In this document: piece by piece, positions 12,502-25,189 of the stretch | How positions within the stretch are numbered: the first letter of the stretch is position 1 | How the letters are laid out: each line of letters starts with the position of its first letter | Assembly (NCBI GenBank): GCA_040285855.1 | Contig: JAUFOQ010000013.1 | Span: 930,001 to 994,000, forward strand | Source of the DNA: Eukaryota sp. GEM-RC1 | Lineage: Eukaryota | Reading direction: 5' to 3' | DNA: 64,000 nucleotides | The notes under the pieces: model-generated | What the model was told of the DNA's origin: nothing | Database searches by the model: none | The model's input: the letters and a program-made list of their open reading frames with translations, nothing else | Position numbers and translations under genes: made by a program

Positions 12502-13323
12502 ATGCGCTATGATAGGCAATCACTTCTTCCTCAATTCTCTCAAGGCCGACTAGCTGATGCTCGTGTATTGGTTGTAGGGGCGGGTGGTCTCGGTAGCTGT
12601 CTTCTTCTTCACCTTGCTGGTGCTGGTGTAGCTACTTCCTCTCTTGGTTCATTACACGTAATGGATGCTGATACTGTCTCACTAGATAATCTTCACAGAC
12701 AAGTAATTCACCGAACGCAAGATGTGGGAATTAACAAAGCAGCCAGTGCTGTCCGAGCAATTTCTGATCTTAATGCTGACGTCAATGTGACATTCTCTAG
12801 AGATTTCTTGTCTGTTAAGTCTATAGAAGATCTCATAACTTCTTTCAACTTAGTTATTGACTGTACTGACAATCTCCCCACCAAAGTGTTACTTAATGAT
12901 GCTTGTATGGCCAAATCTATAAACTTTCTGACAGCCTCAGCAGTCAGATGGCATGGACAGATCAATTACTTCCCTGGCTCTGGTGAGTATGGCTGTTATC
13001 GTTGTGTCTTTGGAGATCTTCCTCCATCCAAGATTCTTAAGTCTGCAAAGACTGTTGGTGTTGTTGGTAGTGTTGTTGGTGTTATTGCTTCGTGGCAAGC
13101 TACAGAAGCTCTAAAGATTATCATGCAACTCCCGGATGACCAACTATTATCAGGCCAAATGCTTTCATGTGATTTGCTGAATAACAAAACTAGGTTTATT
13201 AAATTGAAGAGAAAAAATCCCAGTTGCAATTCATGTGGGAATAACAAGTTAACTGTTTTTGAACAAAATCAGCACTTATGGAATGTAAATGAACCTGAAT
13301 GCATACCAAAAACTGATTTTTAG
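12502..13323 (+). CDS. ThiF/MoeB-family E1-like adenylyltransferase (Uba4/MOCS3-like, no rhodanese domain)
   Basis: RYDRQ, VLVVGAGGLG, D.VSLDNLHRQ, DCTDN, CYRC and CNSC zinc pairs; ATG 12502. Confidence 0.9.
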   Translation: MRYDRQSLLPQFSQGRLADARVLVVGAGGLGSCLLLHLAGAGVATSSLGSLHVMDADTVSLDNLHRQVIHRTQDVGINKAASAVRAISDLNADVNVTFSRDFLSVKSIEDLITSFNLVIDCTDNLPTKVLLNDACMAKSINFLTASAVRWHGQINYFPGSGEYGCYRCVFGDLPPSKILKSAKTVGVVGSVVGVIASWQATEALKIIMQLPDDQLLSGQMLSCDLLNNKTRFIKLKRKNPSCNSCGNNKLTVFEQNQHLWNVNEPECIPKTDF

Positions 13324-13464
13324 ACTGAATATTGCTTAGTTGCTATGACCAGTGTTATTTAGTGGACCGAATTCCAATGACAACTGAAATATATATACTA
13401 ACCTGAAATATCAAAGTCTTAGAGCAGAATACTTTTTTCCAGCAGTTCTGAATAAAACACAAAT

Positions 13465-13791
13465 TTATGGAGATTGTTCTTTGGTGATCAAGTCAAACCA
13501 AGATGGGGGATAAATAGGTGTTTCAGGTGAGAGTGGTCGGGATGTTGTTGGAAAGATGGGTTGAACAGGTTCATTTATTAGCAGACTGGTAAGAGAAATA
13601 TATGGAGCTGCTGCATTGATACGTTGTTCAGAAAGATTCCGAAGTCGTGAAGGTGTCGAACTTGTATTCCTGCTCTGTGTTTTATTTGGAAGGGATTGTG
13701 GAATTTCCTCGTCACTTGAATCGCCAGATAGTATGGGAAGCTCAGGCTTTGGACTGGGTATAGGACTCCCTAATCCCTGAGTTCCAATCAT
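13465..13791 (-). CDS. Small Pro/Ser-rich hypothetical protein
   Basis: 108-codon ORF head-to-head with RPL22; coding-like composition. Confidence 0.55.
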   Translation of the reverse strand: MIGTQGLGSPIPSPKPELPILSGDSSDEEIPQSLPNKTQSRNTSSTPSRLRNLSEQRINAAAPYISLTSLLINEPVQPIFPTTSRPLSPETPIYPPSWFDLITKEQSP

Positions 13792-13843
13792 GAAGTTTGA
13801 GTTTGTGAAAGTTTTCACCAAACAAGTTCTTTTTCTCTCCGCA

Positions 13844-14270
13844 ATGGCTACTGTCTTAACCAGAGTATGTTTTAGGGTTGCATCGTACTGTCCCTAGAAA
13901 GTTAAAGTTCAAAAGCGTGAACACCATGTCTTCCACATCGACTGCTCATCTCCCGCTGATGATTCTATTTTAGATCCCGTTGCTTTCGTTTGTTCATCAC
14001 TTCCTTTTCTGACCATAGGAGACCTATCTTCAAGATCGTATTAAGGTTGAAGGAAAGACCAAGAACCTTGGTGAGAATGTTGCCATCCGCCGTGAAGGAA
14101 ACATCATCACCATTGAGACTCAAATCCCCTTCTCCAAGAGATATCTTAAGTATCTTGCTAAGCGTTTCCTGAAGAACACTGGTGTCCGTGATTTCCTTAG
14201 AGTTATTGCCAACAAGAAGGACTCTTATGTACTCAAATACTTCCAAACAGCCGAGGAAGATCAAGAATAA
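13844..14270 (+). CDS. RPL22: 60S ribosomal protein eL22; introns 13865-13897 and 13988-14018
   Basis: Spliced product has FHIDCSSPADDSILDP, YLQDRIKVEGKTKNLG, PFSKRYLKYLAKRFLK, RDFLRVIA, YVLKYF; missed by the ORF track. Confidence 0.95.
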
Positions 14271-14531
14271 TTCTGTTCGTCATAATCTCCAGTCCCCTAG
14301 CCTTGTTTTTGATGCCTTCAATTTCTGCATCCAACCTTGAGATAAATTGATGGTTGAGTCTTCTTTTTAGTATTTCTGAATTTATTTTTGCCTTATGTAG
14401 ATATTTCTAAACGAATTAGTATCACTCAATAACATAATGTGCGTTTTCTGTTTGATGATTTACCAAATGATCAAAGTAATCTATGTCTGGACGTAGGGAT
14501 GGGCGAACTCCAACTCGACTTCACTCCAAAC

Positions 14532-15292
14532 CATAGATGGGAAATACAGAATACTTGTATTCTGTATTTTGTATTTGTATTTGTATTAATACAAAGTTCT
14601 TATTTGTATTTTTGGTATTTTTAGTATCAGTATTTAGTTATTAGTATTTAGTCTTATTTATGTTATTTATTTGCATATTCAATGCAGATTCATGTTACAG
14701 AAATACTGCTTGAGTACCAAATACAATGTTTCTTCTGCAAAAGTACGTACAATTGTGGTGTGAAGTTGTGTGTGTACAGGAAATTCCAATTCATTAATTA
14801 TGTTATGACTTCTACTGATTCCAAACCTAAAATTTGTGTGTATTGTGCTCTCACATCCATGTGTTTGACTTCAATCATATTTATTTAAATATTACAGTGT
14901 CAGGCAATAAAACATGCACCTCTGAAATAGTCCAAAATACATATTTTGCCCAATATTTATTTAAGGGTTATTTAAGTTTTGCAATACAAATATTAATTGG
15001 CGTTCCCTGCTTTCTGTAGTGTAAAACCAAAGTTCAACTAATTTCGGCGTGAACACGATGAAATGTAGAAAGTTTTTCGCAATACAACATCATTATTATT
15101 GTAAGTGGTCTTATCAAAGTACCACATCTGTTTCCACATGAAATACAATGGAAATACGATCACGTGATAGAAATAGTGTATTTGTATTCGTTGTATTTGT
15201 ATTTGTATTTGTATTTGTATTTGTATTTGTATTTGTATTTGTATTTGTATTTGTATTAATACAGAGGCATGAAGTTGTATTTCCCCTCTATG
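14532..15292. mobile_element. hAT MITE nested in outer element
   Basis: 17-bp TIR CATAGA(T/G)GGGAAATACA; TSD CTCCAAAC (14524-14531/15293-15300); (TATTTG)n subterminal arrays. Confidence 0.9.
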
Positions 15293-15431
15293 CTCCAAAC
15301 AATAAATTTTATAAGTGAACTTCACTCCAACTCAAGTCACCTGTAGACTTCACTTCACACAAATTTGTTGAAATTTTGTCTTTATAAAATTCCTCTCATT
15401 TGACGCTTTTGGCACTTATTCCAGGTATACC

Positions 15432-16081
15432 CAGGGGCTGTCAATATTGAATTGGACTTCCAATTATTGCCAATAAATTATTGCGATAATTGATTGGTTC
15501 CACTTACAGAATTGCCAATTAATAGAGTCCATACTGAGAGAATAACGGGACTCGTTTTTATTGTAAAACTGAATATATATTGTACATAATATCAACCGAC
15601 AAATCAAACGAATCATCAAACCCCCATGGCGCAAAACTTGGCAACCGCGCCTTCGTCTACTACCCCTAATTTACCAATAGGCGAATTCTGACGGACGAGG
15701 GCAGTTGAAGAAGAAAAGATGTCTTGTTAATAGTTCATATTATTTATTTCTTCCACAAGTGTTGAAGTAGAAAGACTGTTTTCCCAAGTTAAAGCACAAT
15801 ATGACCTTCAAAGACAGAGTTTGTCACTTGAGTGTAGCTTTGGGACATAGTTGCATTTCTTTTTTTATTATTTAAATATACACTGTTCTGTGATAGACGA
15901 GATTCTGTAAAGTGTGATCACCCATATTCTCATTTCCTCAAATTTTGTAGTTTTTGGCGAGTTTCTACTATGTATAGATAAATTGGTTAATTGGCTTCAA
16001 ATAACTGCAATTATTGCAATTATTGATTGGTACGTCTTGTTGATGACCAATTAATTGCCAATTCAATTTTGCAAGCCCCTG
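15432..16081 (+). mobile_element. hAT deletion derivative nested in outer element
   Basis: TIR CAGGGGCT..CAA.ATTGAATTGG; TSD GGTATACC (15424-15431/16082-16089); remnant TSVEVERLFSQ at ~15755-15790. Confidence 0.9.
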
Positions 16082-16389
16082 GGTATACCCAACGGTGACT
16101 CATTGTGTCTCGATTCATACTAAAACAAATACTGTTAGATATCCACCTTGATAGTGTCATCACAATGAATCTCTCTAATTTTTTATGAAAATTTCAGTGG
16201 TTACTAAAGAAGAGTTTCAGAAGTAATTTCAAAAACTGTGTTCAGAATTTGGGAAGAAATTTACACAGGTCTTGCAGGACGATAGTTTTAACTTTTTGGC
16301 CCTTTAAACGAAAACATAGATAAGTTTATTTCTTTTTGGTCAATGATAACTACAAATCGTGTAACTCTAGGTGTTTTTGTAGTGGTCCT

Positions 16390-16882
16390 TATATAAGTCC
16401 TTCTAGTTGGTTATCTTGTCAGGAAATTATCATGAATTTCACGACTGTTGACCCTTGTAATTCAAGATCAATTTCCAAAAATTCTGATGATGATTTTGCT
16501 GCTCTTGAAGTGGCTGAAAAAGGAAAAAATACAAAGTACTGTCACTTCATTAACCAATTGAATGTTGAAAGGTACAATTCTTTTGTGTTTCAACCTTTTG
16601 CGATGTCGATATACGGTAATATTGGACCAGCTGCACAAAGTTTTTTAACTTCCTTTGGTAAATTGTGTTCTGAGTACGGGAAAGTCTTCAATGAAAATTT
16701 TTGGTTGAGTAGGTTAACGTTTGCGTTGTTTCGTTCAATGCACAGATATTTTAATTCAATTTTAGGTAAATTGTTCGGTGATGGACAGAAGCATCATAGT
16801 TTAGATACTTTAGTTAGTGTCTGTTAGTTATTAACTTCTGCAAATGTATTTATTTCACTGATTGATCATAAACCCCGTTTTT
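16390..16882 (+). mobile_element. RLE non-LTR 3' fragment (oligo-T-ended family), inside the hAT
   Basis: FTTVDP..AEKGKNTKY..FQPFAMSIYGNIG..FWLSRLTFAL; 3' UTR shared with the 21620 and 30461 copies. Confidence 0.85.
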
Positions 16883-17849
16883 CTTTCCAAATAGTGTAAC
16901 TTCTCTTGACATAGGTGTTTTTGGTACGTTATGTACATGTACGAAACTTTCTTAGGAATGCTAATGAAATAGCAAGTTTCACTCCAACTCGACTCCAACT
17001 CGTAGAACTTTGGAGTGAAGTGGAGTTTGGAGTCGTGGAGTAGAACTCGAGTGGAATTTTGCCCATCCCTATCTGGACGCGTTTGTATAAAAAGCTTATT
17101 GATGAGTAATCGAAGTGGACTTACAATTAATGTCATTATTAGCAGCTTTCAAATTCTTTCATTGCTTATGTATCAAATTCATGTCTGTCCAAACAGATCA
17201 ACAATTGATGATGTGAATCCAAAACTTATATTTTTAATTTAAGTGTTTATCGTGCCATCTCTACTACTAGTACATGTATTGGACAAAGAACGTTGACATT
17301 AAACCATACTTGAAAAATACAAATACATCATTTTTTTGTATTTTTGTATTTTATGTACTTTTTTAGACTCGAGAATTACTGTTTTTTGGTATTTTTTTAA
17401 TGAATTAATCCGTTAGTTTTTTGTATTTTTATGAATATAATGGCGCTACAGGAATCTTTTGATGAAAATGTATTCATCAATGTCCTTTATTTCTTCGTGT
17501 TAGCTGTAAATTTTAAACATAATAGACGCTGATTGGTATTGTCTTGACTAAAAAAGAGTCAAGAAGACTATAATGTCTTCCTCACACAACGTTGGATACG
17601 TCTCTAGGTCCAAAATTTTAATTTAACAAAACTAAATAGTCGCTGTCTGGTATTGGTTTTGGTAGATGGGTTGTGAAACCCGTATAATTTTAGTCATAGT
17701 CACTTTTAAATAGAAACAGTTCTCACCGTGACTTTCATGAAAGTAAACAAACATTATTCGGTACCCAATAAGGTAACCCTAAAAAACTATGAAATTGTAA
17801 AAACAAACAAATAATACTAAGATTAAATCCGAACGACTTCATCAACACC

Positions 17850-18525
17850 TGGTAAAAGATTACGTTTTCCACCTTAACCTTCACACCAAACTTGTACAAT
17901 TTCTCAATTAATCGAGAGAAATAGAAAGACATATTCCGATATATGGACAACACTATACGGTTTCTCCATTCAGCCATTCTAAACTTACGCTTCTTTTCTT
18001 TACACAGTTTTTTGAAATCCTTGAAAAATTGATCAGCAGCAGGACTAATCGATCCAAAAAGAGAAACAGCAAAAGGTTGAAACACAGATTTGGAAGATGA
18101 GTTTCGATTTAATTCTTCAACTTGAGAGTCATACTTGGAGTGTTTGAGCTATTCTGCAGCTGTTAACGGATTAAAAGAAGAATCTAATATCCTACTAACA
18201 CAAGATTTGTTACAAACATCTACTGTAGTAAAATCCATTAATGATTGACTCGATTTAAGCCACGGAGTATGGAGATCCCTTCCCTTCTTTTTTGATCAGT
18301 AAATTCCTATGCTGCAATGTGATTCAAAAATGGTTCAACTTTAGAGTGAAAACCGTGTGCTTTAAACATGGAATAACAAGAATCACGTACACCATCATGA
18401 ATGACTGCACATAGATGAATAAAATAACGACAATTGATTAAATGACGAAAAACTCCATTAGCTCCACAAGAGCAAGTTGAATAGTTTAATAATTTTGCAA
18501 ACCAAATAGCCAAACGAAGACTCAT
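17850..18525 (-). mobile_element. RLE non-LTR 3' fragment
   Basis: CSCG..HLINC..HDGVRD..VEP and FQPFAVSLFG..WRNRIV; homologous to 1-300 and 37370-37800. Confidence 0.85.
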
Positions 18526-18699
18526 ACATGAAAGTTGTTGAAGGTCGAGTTATTCTGTATTTTTGTATTTTTTTCTGATAGTGGTTGTACTTTCCAAGTG
18601 TGCTTTAAGTAACATTCACTGTCAACGAATCTCACAGAAGACTCTTTTTCACCACATATATTCTGAGAGATACTATGATGGAAACAGGATCAGTTTTAG

Positions 18700-18850
18700 A
18701 AAATAAAAGACAATGCTACTGATCAAAATTCTTTGATCATTTTTTAACAACTTTCTCAAAATCAGATAGAAAACAAGGAGCATCCTTTCCAAGCCAACCC
18801 TAAATTGCAAAAGGAAATTCTACATTATTTGTGCTTTAATATGTTTATGA
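18700..18850 (-). mobile_element. Short RLE non-LTR remnant
   Basis: Similar to 22790-22920 (ttctcaaaatcaga..gcatc..ccaag). Confidence 0.55.
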
Positions 18851-18940
18851 GATATCAGAGAAGAGATTATATTTCGTTTAATTTACACCCTAACGATATC
18901 AACTACTGTACCTGTTAGTTAGCTACCACTAGTAAACTAA

Positions 18941-20557
18941 ATGAGTGACAAACTCACTAAGTTGAAACAACTCATCAATGACTTTGCTGACTCAGATATA
19001 AGTTATCAGATTCCAGACCATCGTTTTGTCTTCCATGGCCCCATAACGTATCTTCTTGTTTCTTGTCTTATGCTAGTAACCTATCTGATTCTTTCCGAAA
19101 TCTAGTCATCGTTGGCTATTTCAATAACTACATAAATTCCCTACCACTTCTCAAACGTCCACATATCTTGATACATGTATACCATCTACTTTATGTATCA
19201 TCAAAGTTCTGCCGTTTTGTTCTCCAACACTTGACCCATTTCTCCAAAGCTTATCCAATCCCACTCTCTTATCATCTTCCTTCTGATGTCCTTTCACACA
19301 ATCCATGTCTCCGCTGCTCTCTAGCTGCAGATCAAGTTCCAAACCCTGATTTAATTCAGTTTGTTTCTGAGCTTACTCTTTCCCAATCGGAAAGTGACAT
19401 GGTTAGATCTATTTTCAATGACTATAATCTGGCTAAACTCACTGAGCTCTCATTGATTGGAAACTCAATCACTGTCACAAACATTCCTAATTCGGTACAA
19501 ATGCTTCGAGTTAGCAATGACGTTGTTGTGTCACATTGTCTGCCAAATCTTGTTCATTTAGTTCTCTTGAATTCGTCTATTTTCTTTGATTTATCGTTGG
19601 TACCTAATTTGAAACAATTTGACATTTTCATTTTTCAACAATCTGCTAAAACTCATTTCTATTCGAGCTTGGATTTTAATAATTGTAAAAATTTAGAAAT
19701 CTTTCATGTTTACAATTATGTGCCAACCACGATAGATCTCGATCTATCAGGACTATCAAAACTAACAAAAGTCTTTTCTCTATGGTGCCAACATTCTCCA
19801 TCTTGAACACAATTCATGTTCTTTCCACCTTTTACAGCAAGTTGAAATTCCTTCCTCTTTCCTCAGTCGAATGCTATTCTCAGGAGGTTCTTCTGCAAGT
19901 AAAGTTCAGAAGCTGTCCTTGTGGTGGAATGGATATAAAGATGGGTGGTGTCGACAGTTTAACTTTTCAAATTTGTCACATTTGAGGTTTGAAGATTTTA
20001 CTGGAGATTTTAGTAGTTTTTTAAATTGTTTGAAATTTCAAAATCTTGTGAGTTTGCGATTAATCAATTCTGATATTGAAGGTGTGTTGAGCTGTGATGT
20101 ATTTCATAACTTAAAATCGTTGGAAATCAATTCTGATTGTACTTCTTACCATCTCAATCACTTGAGCTCTTTAGAAGAGCTCATTTTGAATCATTATCCA
20201 GACTTGATGAGAGATTTTGACCATGAAGTCGATTTGAGATTACCACCGAGTTTAAAAGTTATTGTTTGTCATGAAGTATTTCTATATAGTCTCTTTTCTT
20301 TTTATTCTGATTCTTTAGAGTTTCCTATAATCCAATGTCCTTCGCTTTGTTTGAAGATTTTATTCCCCAAATTGCTCAGAAGTTTTGTTTTGAAAGAATA
20401 TGTTGAGTTTTTCGAACATTTTCTATATCTTATTTCTGAGTTGGAAAATTTAAGTTATTTGGATGTCGTTGTCAGTTATATTGAGTTCTTAGAGTCAATT
20501 GAGCTTTCACCACCGTTTGACTCTTACTCAAAAGAAATCACGACTCTTTACACTTGA
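18941..20557 (+). CDS. Divergent LRR-like protein (about two frame breaks)
   Basis: Repeated LxxLxL-type units (LTELSLIGN, LPNLVHLVL, FQNLVSLRL, LSSLEELIL) across ORFs 19063-19806 and 19871-20557; probable ATG 18941. Confidence 0.55.
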
Positions 20558-20860
20558 GCTCTTCTATTTGATTGAAAAGTGATTGCAATTTGTCCACAAT
20601 CACTGATCAATTAAGTTTTCTAACAAAATTTATTTAAATTTTTATACATAATTAAATATGTTTTGATTTCTGAAGATTCATCTTTTTCCATCTGAAAGGT
20701 TTTTCAATAGATTTTGCCAACGATGCATCTTCTCAATTCAAAATTGCGATCAATCAATCCTAGTCTGTATATATATCGATATGTTACTAATTTTTAAAAT
20801 TTTGTCTACTAGTATACTGAAAGGATTTAATATTCACAGAAATAATTTATAAAACAGTTC

Positions 20861-21448
20861 TTATCGTGAACACTCACACTTTGGAACGACAATGGTTGTA
20901 AAGGTATCCAGTTTTTGGACTACACATTGACACTTGGCCCAGCGTCGGCCTGATCCATCACAGGTCTTGCTACAAGAGTTCTGATCACACTTTACAGAGC
21001 ATTGAAGTGCTTGTCTAGCGGAACAAGAACCGACAATAAAACCGTCCAAACCCGATTCTACAAGATCTGCGTGACAGGTAGCGTCTTCACCAACAACAGA
21101 ACATTCTCGGCCATATGCTTGAAAAGAGCAACGGTGAGCGCGAGTTGCTTCACAACGAGAAGTCCAAAGTCTATTCAGCCCATAAGATTTAGCATAGGCG
21201 TCACAACGGACATTACTTCCTTCAATGTCGCAACCAAACCGGAAATCAGTTCTTTCACAAGACGTAGCTCCCCGAGCTTCACACTCAGTGACATAGCCAG
21301 TAAGACCGTAGGAACGCTTGGATACACAATCACATCTGGGATTTGTTCCGCCGTTGATGTCGCATTTGGATTGAAAACAAGAGAAGCTGCAACCACTGGT
21401 TCGAGAGAGCAGAATCAGCAATGATAGAGCAAGAAGTAATCGTTTCAT
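20861..21448 (-). CDS. Secreted Cys-rich repeat protein, paralog 1
   Basis: Signal peptide MKRLLLALSLLILLSRTSG; three ~39-aa Cys repeats; paralog at 25478-26062. Confidence 0.85.
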   Translation of the reverse strand: MKRLLLALSLLILLSRTSGCSFSCFQSKCDINGGTNPRCDCVSKRSYGLTGYVTECEARGATSCERTDFRFGCDIEGSNVRCDAYAKSYGLNRLWTSRCEATRAHRCSFQAYGRECSVVGEDATCHADLVESGLDGFIVGSCSARQALQCSVKCDQNSCSKTCDGSGRRWAKCQCVVQKLDTFTTIVVPKCECSR

Positions 21449-21619
21449 ATGAGAGATCAAAAATAAGGAAAACGTGTGCTTACTAATTCCATCAACATCA
21501 CTGGTTGGGTTGTGTTACACAAGGAACACTCATTTAAGCTAATTGTGTTTATTGCTCACTCAGTTGTACAACCACAACCATAAACAATATTCATATCATT
21601 AATGTCGACGATATGAATT

Positions 21620-21904
21620 GTCGATATACGGTAATATTGGACCAGCTGCACAAGGTTTTTTACTTCCTTTGGTAAATTGTGTTCTGAGTACGGTAAAGTT
21701 TTCAATGAAAAAAATTTGGTTGAGTAGGTTAACGTTTGCGTTGTTTCGTTCAACGCACAGATACTAGTATTTTAATTCAATTTTAGGTAAGTTGTTCGGT
21801 GATGGACAGAAGGATCATAGTTTAGATACTTTAGTTAGTGTCTGTTAGTTGTCAACTTCTGCAAATGCATGTATTTCACTGACTGATCATAAACCCCGTT
21901 TTTT
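21620..21904 (+). mobile_element. 5'-truncated RLE non-LTR copy with oligo-T end
   Basis: Near-identical to 16605-16882; flanked by TATGAATT (21612-21619/21905-21912). Confidence 0.85.
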
Positions 21905-22169
21905 TATGAATTCTCTATCTTTTCTCGTCAACATTTCCTAACATCAAGTGAACTTGGTATGCTAATGGCGTAAATAGAAAACAAGTCTGATTGATATCCA
22001 TAAAACCACGTTCACACTAAGCATTATAACGACATGAAAGACCCAACTAATTTTAGTTTACCCTCCCAATGAGACTAGGTATCGGAACGGTCTTATTAGG
22101 AGGGTGGCCTGTACAAATGTTAAAAAACACACGCCTAGATCAAACAAGAAGATCTCACTCTTCCTTCAT

Positions 22170-22440
22170 TTCAAGCTAACTCGTTCTCAACATCCTGTTT
22201 GTAAACTTTTGGATGAAAGATCTCATCATGGAAGGATTGCAGCTACCTGCAAAGAATGTCACACCACTATGAAAGGCAATAAAACTCGTTTTGTTAGTCA
22301 CTTCTGACCATGGAACGCAATTGGAGACTCTCAGCATCATTCAGACAAAGAAATGAAACAGAAGGGGACATGATTTATTTTTGATTTGGGTTATGGAAGC
22401 GGGATTTGCTTTGTTTTAGTCGATGATGAGATATTTCCAT
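22170..22440 (+). mobile_element. hAT transposase N-terminal remnant (BED zinc finger)
   Basis: HPVCKLL...AATCKECHTT...RFVSHF fits a BED CxxC...H pattern. Confidence 0.5.
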
Positions 22441-22629
22441 TCTAGTGTTAGTACTGCAACAGTATTCTTAAATTAAATTTACTTTTACTCTTTTCATGTC
22501 ATCTACATAGGAATTGTATTCTTACAGATTAAACACATTGTCTTCATTAATTTAGATTTTCTTCGATAAAGTGTTGATGATAAACTTTTAGCTATTTATG
22601 GGACAAAACCACTAAAATAAACACAAGTA

Positions 22630-24975
22630 CTAGAACTCAACATCATTAAAGCAACAATCATTGCCATTAAAACTCACATCGGCTTTTTCTTCATAAAAAA
22701 CACTGAGAGCTAATAGAGCTTTTGAAATCATGATAGGAATTGTTTTAAATATTGTAAAAACAATACGATTCAACCAAAATTTGAAATCAAATTTCTTGTT
22801 CATTCTTTTTTGACCACCTTCTCAAAATCAGAGAGAAAACAAAGAGCATCTCTACCAAGTCGACCATAAATTGAAATTGCAAAAGGACATAATTTGTACT
22901 CAACATGTCTAATATGTTTGAGAGCAGTCAGTGGTTCATCATATTTGTTTCTCTTGTATTGTTCTGAAGAATTCAGTGGAGAAACTTCATTTTTGGCATC
23001 CTTGAATGCACTTTTTTTGCAAACATCCACAGTAATCACATCAACAACGGTCAGTTCATCATTGACTGGTGGAACTATAACATCAGCTCTTCGTTTACCA
23101 AAAGTATTATCAGAATCACTATTTTTTGAATTATTGATTTCCAGTGATCTCAACAGTGGCTCAACGAAAGATTCGATTTTGTAGGACTTACACATTGCAT
23201 GAATTTGATCTCTGACAGCATCATGAATACAAGTTCTATAAGTAATGAAACGATTACAACTCAAAAGGTGAGAAAAAGTAACTAATTTACCACATTTGCA
23301 TTGAAGATCATTGGGTAAATTAGAGGGCCCCAAGAAACATCGAAGTCTGAATGTTGTAGTCCATTGATGCTCATTCAACAACAAACCATAAATCTGAGGA
23401 ATTTGGTTAATCAAAGCAACTGAAGAACTGTCCTTCAAATCGATTAAAAAATTTGCGAAAGCTGGATTTTTTTCTTTGGCCGAGCCAAGTCCAATTTTAA
23501 TATCCAAACATTCAAAATGTTTTAAAAGGTGTTGTTGGAGTTTCCTAAGAGCAAATTTTAACGAGGTGACACATCGTTCTGGTATTTCACAAATATCTGC
23601 TGGAAAACAAGTTTGCCATAGGTCAGGTGAAATTAGCGACAATTCAGATCTCAAATTTACCAAGAAAAAACTTCTTGTCGAAACAAGAAGATTTTCTTGG
23701 CTTGGGTACCGTCTACAGAACTCAAAGACAAAATTCTTACCACCACCAATGAAAGCAGATTTGGTCCACCATTTAGACGAAGTAAAACCAATACCACCTA
23801 GATGAGGATCTGAGAAGATGTGATTGTTCAATGCAGCAGGATCCACTGATAACAAATATGCAAGAAAGTCAGTACGAATTTTGTTAAAGCTTCTACAGAA
23901 GTTATAGGTAAGTACAGGGGGCAAAGAGCGAAGCAGATGAGTAACTTTTCTGAATAACAAATTTTTAGCATAAAGAATTTGAGATGTTTTTCCGATTGCA
24001 ATTCCTTAATTTGATCTAATTCTTTTCGCATTGAATCCAAATATACATTCAGATCTTTAACAATGTTGTCATGTGAACCAAGATAGCAACCTAGAAATCT
24101 AAAGCTTGAAGATAAGTAGTTCACAAAGGGAACCTCTAAAGAATTAACAATTAAAGTTACAGGTACTTTGGCAATCAAAAAACATTTTTGCACATTTAAT
24201 TGAAGTCCAATGGCATCGTACAAATCAGCAGCCTGATTCGCAATAATACGAAGAGTTGACATAGGAGCAATAAAAGAAATGTCATCCATATAAGCTACAA
24301 TTTCCAAATCTGCATGTTCTTCTTTGAGTTTTTTCAAGATTGGATGAATAGCCAAACAAAAAAGAAGGGACCAAGAGGATCTCCTTGTTTAACACCAGAA
24401 ACAGAATTAAGAACAAATAAGTTGAAAACCAAGTCAGAAGATTGACCATAAAAACAATGAAAAAGGTACCTAATTCTGGAAAACTCTTTTCCAATTCAGA
24501 ACAAATCGCAGATCGTTTAACAGAATTAAAAGCATTCTTAAAATCCAAATTGAAAATGCAATTATTTTCAACCGCATTGAAGAAAACATCAGAAGAAAGG
24601 GCAGCCACAGAAGCTCCATCAACTGGTTTTAATACCATATTGATAAGGTGAAAAGAAATCCTTGGTTTTGTTGGAAATTCTTCCAAAGACAACAGAAGCA
24701 AACAGACGGTAAATAGCTTCACCGACAGCAATAGGACGGATTTTCTTGTTAGGCTTAATCAGTGCAACCAAACGAGAAGCAGACAACTCTTTAGGAGGAA
24801 CAACCTTCGATAACAATACATTGTTGAAAAAGAGACATAAATCTTCAACAATAAGTGAATTTTGACGTGAAACAGATTTGAGCATATCAAAAGTAATACC
24901 TGAAGGTCCAGGAGCTTTCCCTGAAGGGAGTTTTAAAATACAACTCATCAACTTATCCACTCTAATGGGGTTTTC
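22630..24975 (-). mobile_element. CRE-like non-LTR retrotransposon (RT + CCHC + restriction-like endonuclease), 5'-truncated, frameshifted
   Basis: KAPGPSG, ASRLVALIK..IRPIAVGE, LDFKNAFNSV, GVKQGDPLGP, AYMDD, CKC..HLLSC..HDAVRD, EP..RRAD, K..KY motifs. Confidence 0.95.
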
Positions 24976-25189
24976 TTGATGATAAACTAAGATTTAATCC
25001 ACAAGATAACCAATTTTGTTCATCTAGATCCATAGACAACACTATTTTAGCTAAATTGTTGGATTCCAGTCAGGTGGAGTTTATTTCAGATACTTTAACT
25101 AGTGTCTTCTAGTTTTGGTTTGTGTACATTGGATGTAATAAGTTGGTGTCTTGAAATAGAATATCTTTGTATTATTTGATTTATTCAAT

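Larger units (their letters stand above)
14494..17071. mobile_element. hAT element (outer member of nested cluster)
   Basis: Ac-like TIR TAGGGATGGGC/GCCCATCCCTA; TSD TCTGGACG (14486-14493/17072-17079); ACTCCA subterminal repeats. Confidence 0.9.

Noticed and set aside
15038..15325. ORF with poly(QI)
   Set aside because: Translation of the (TATTTG)n subterminal repeat of a hAT MITE
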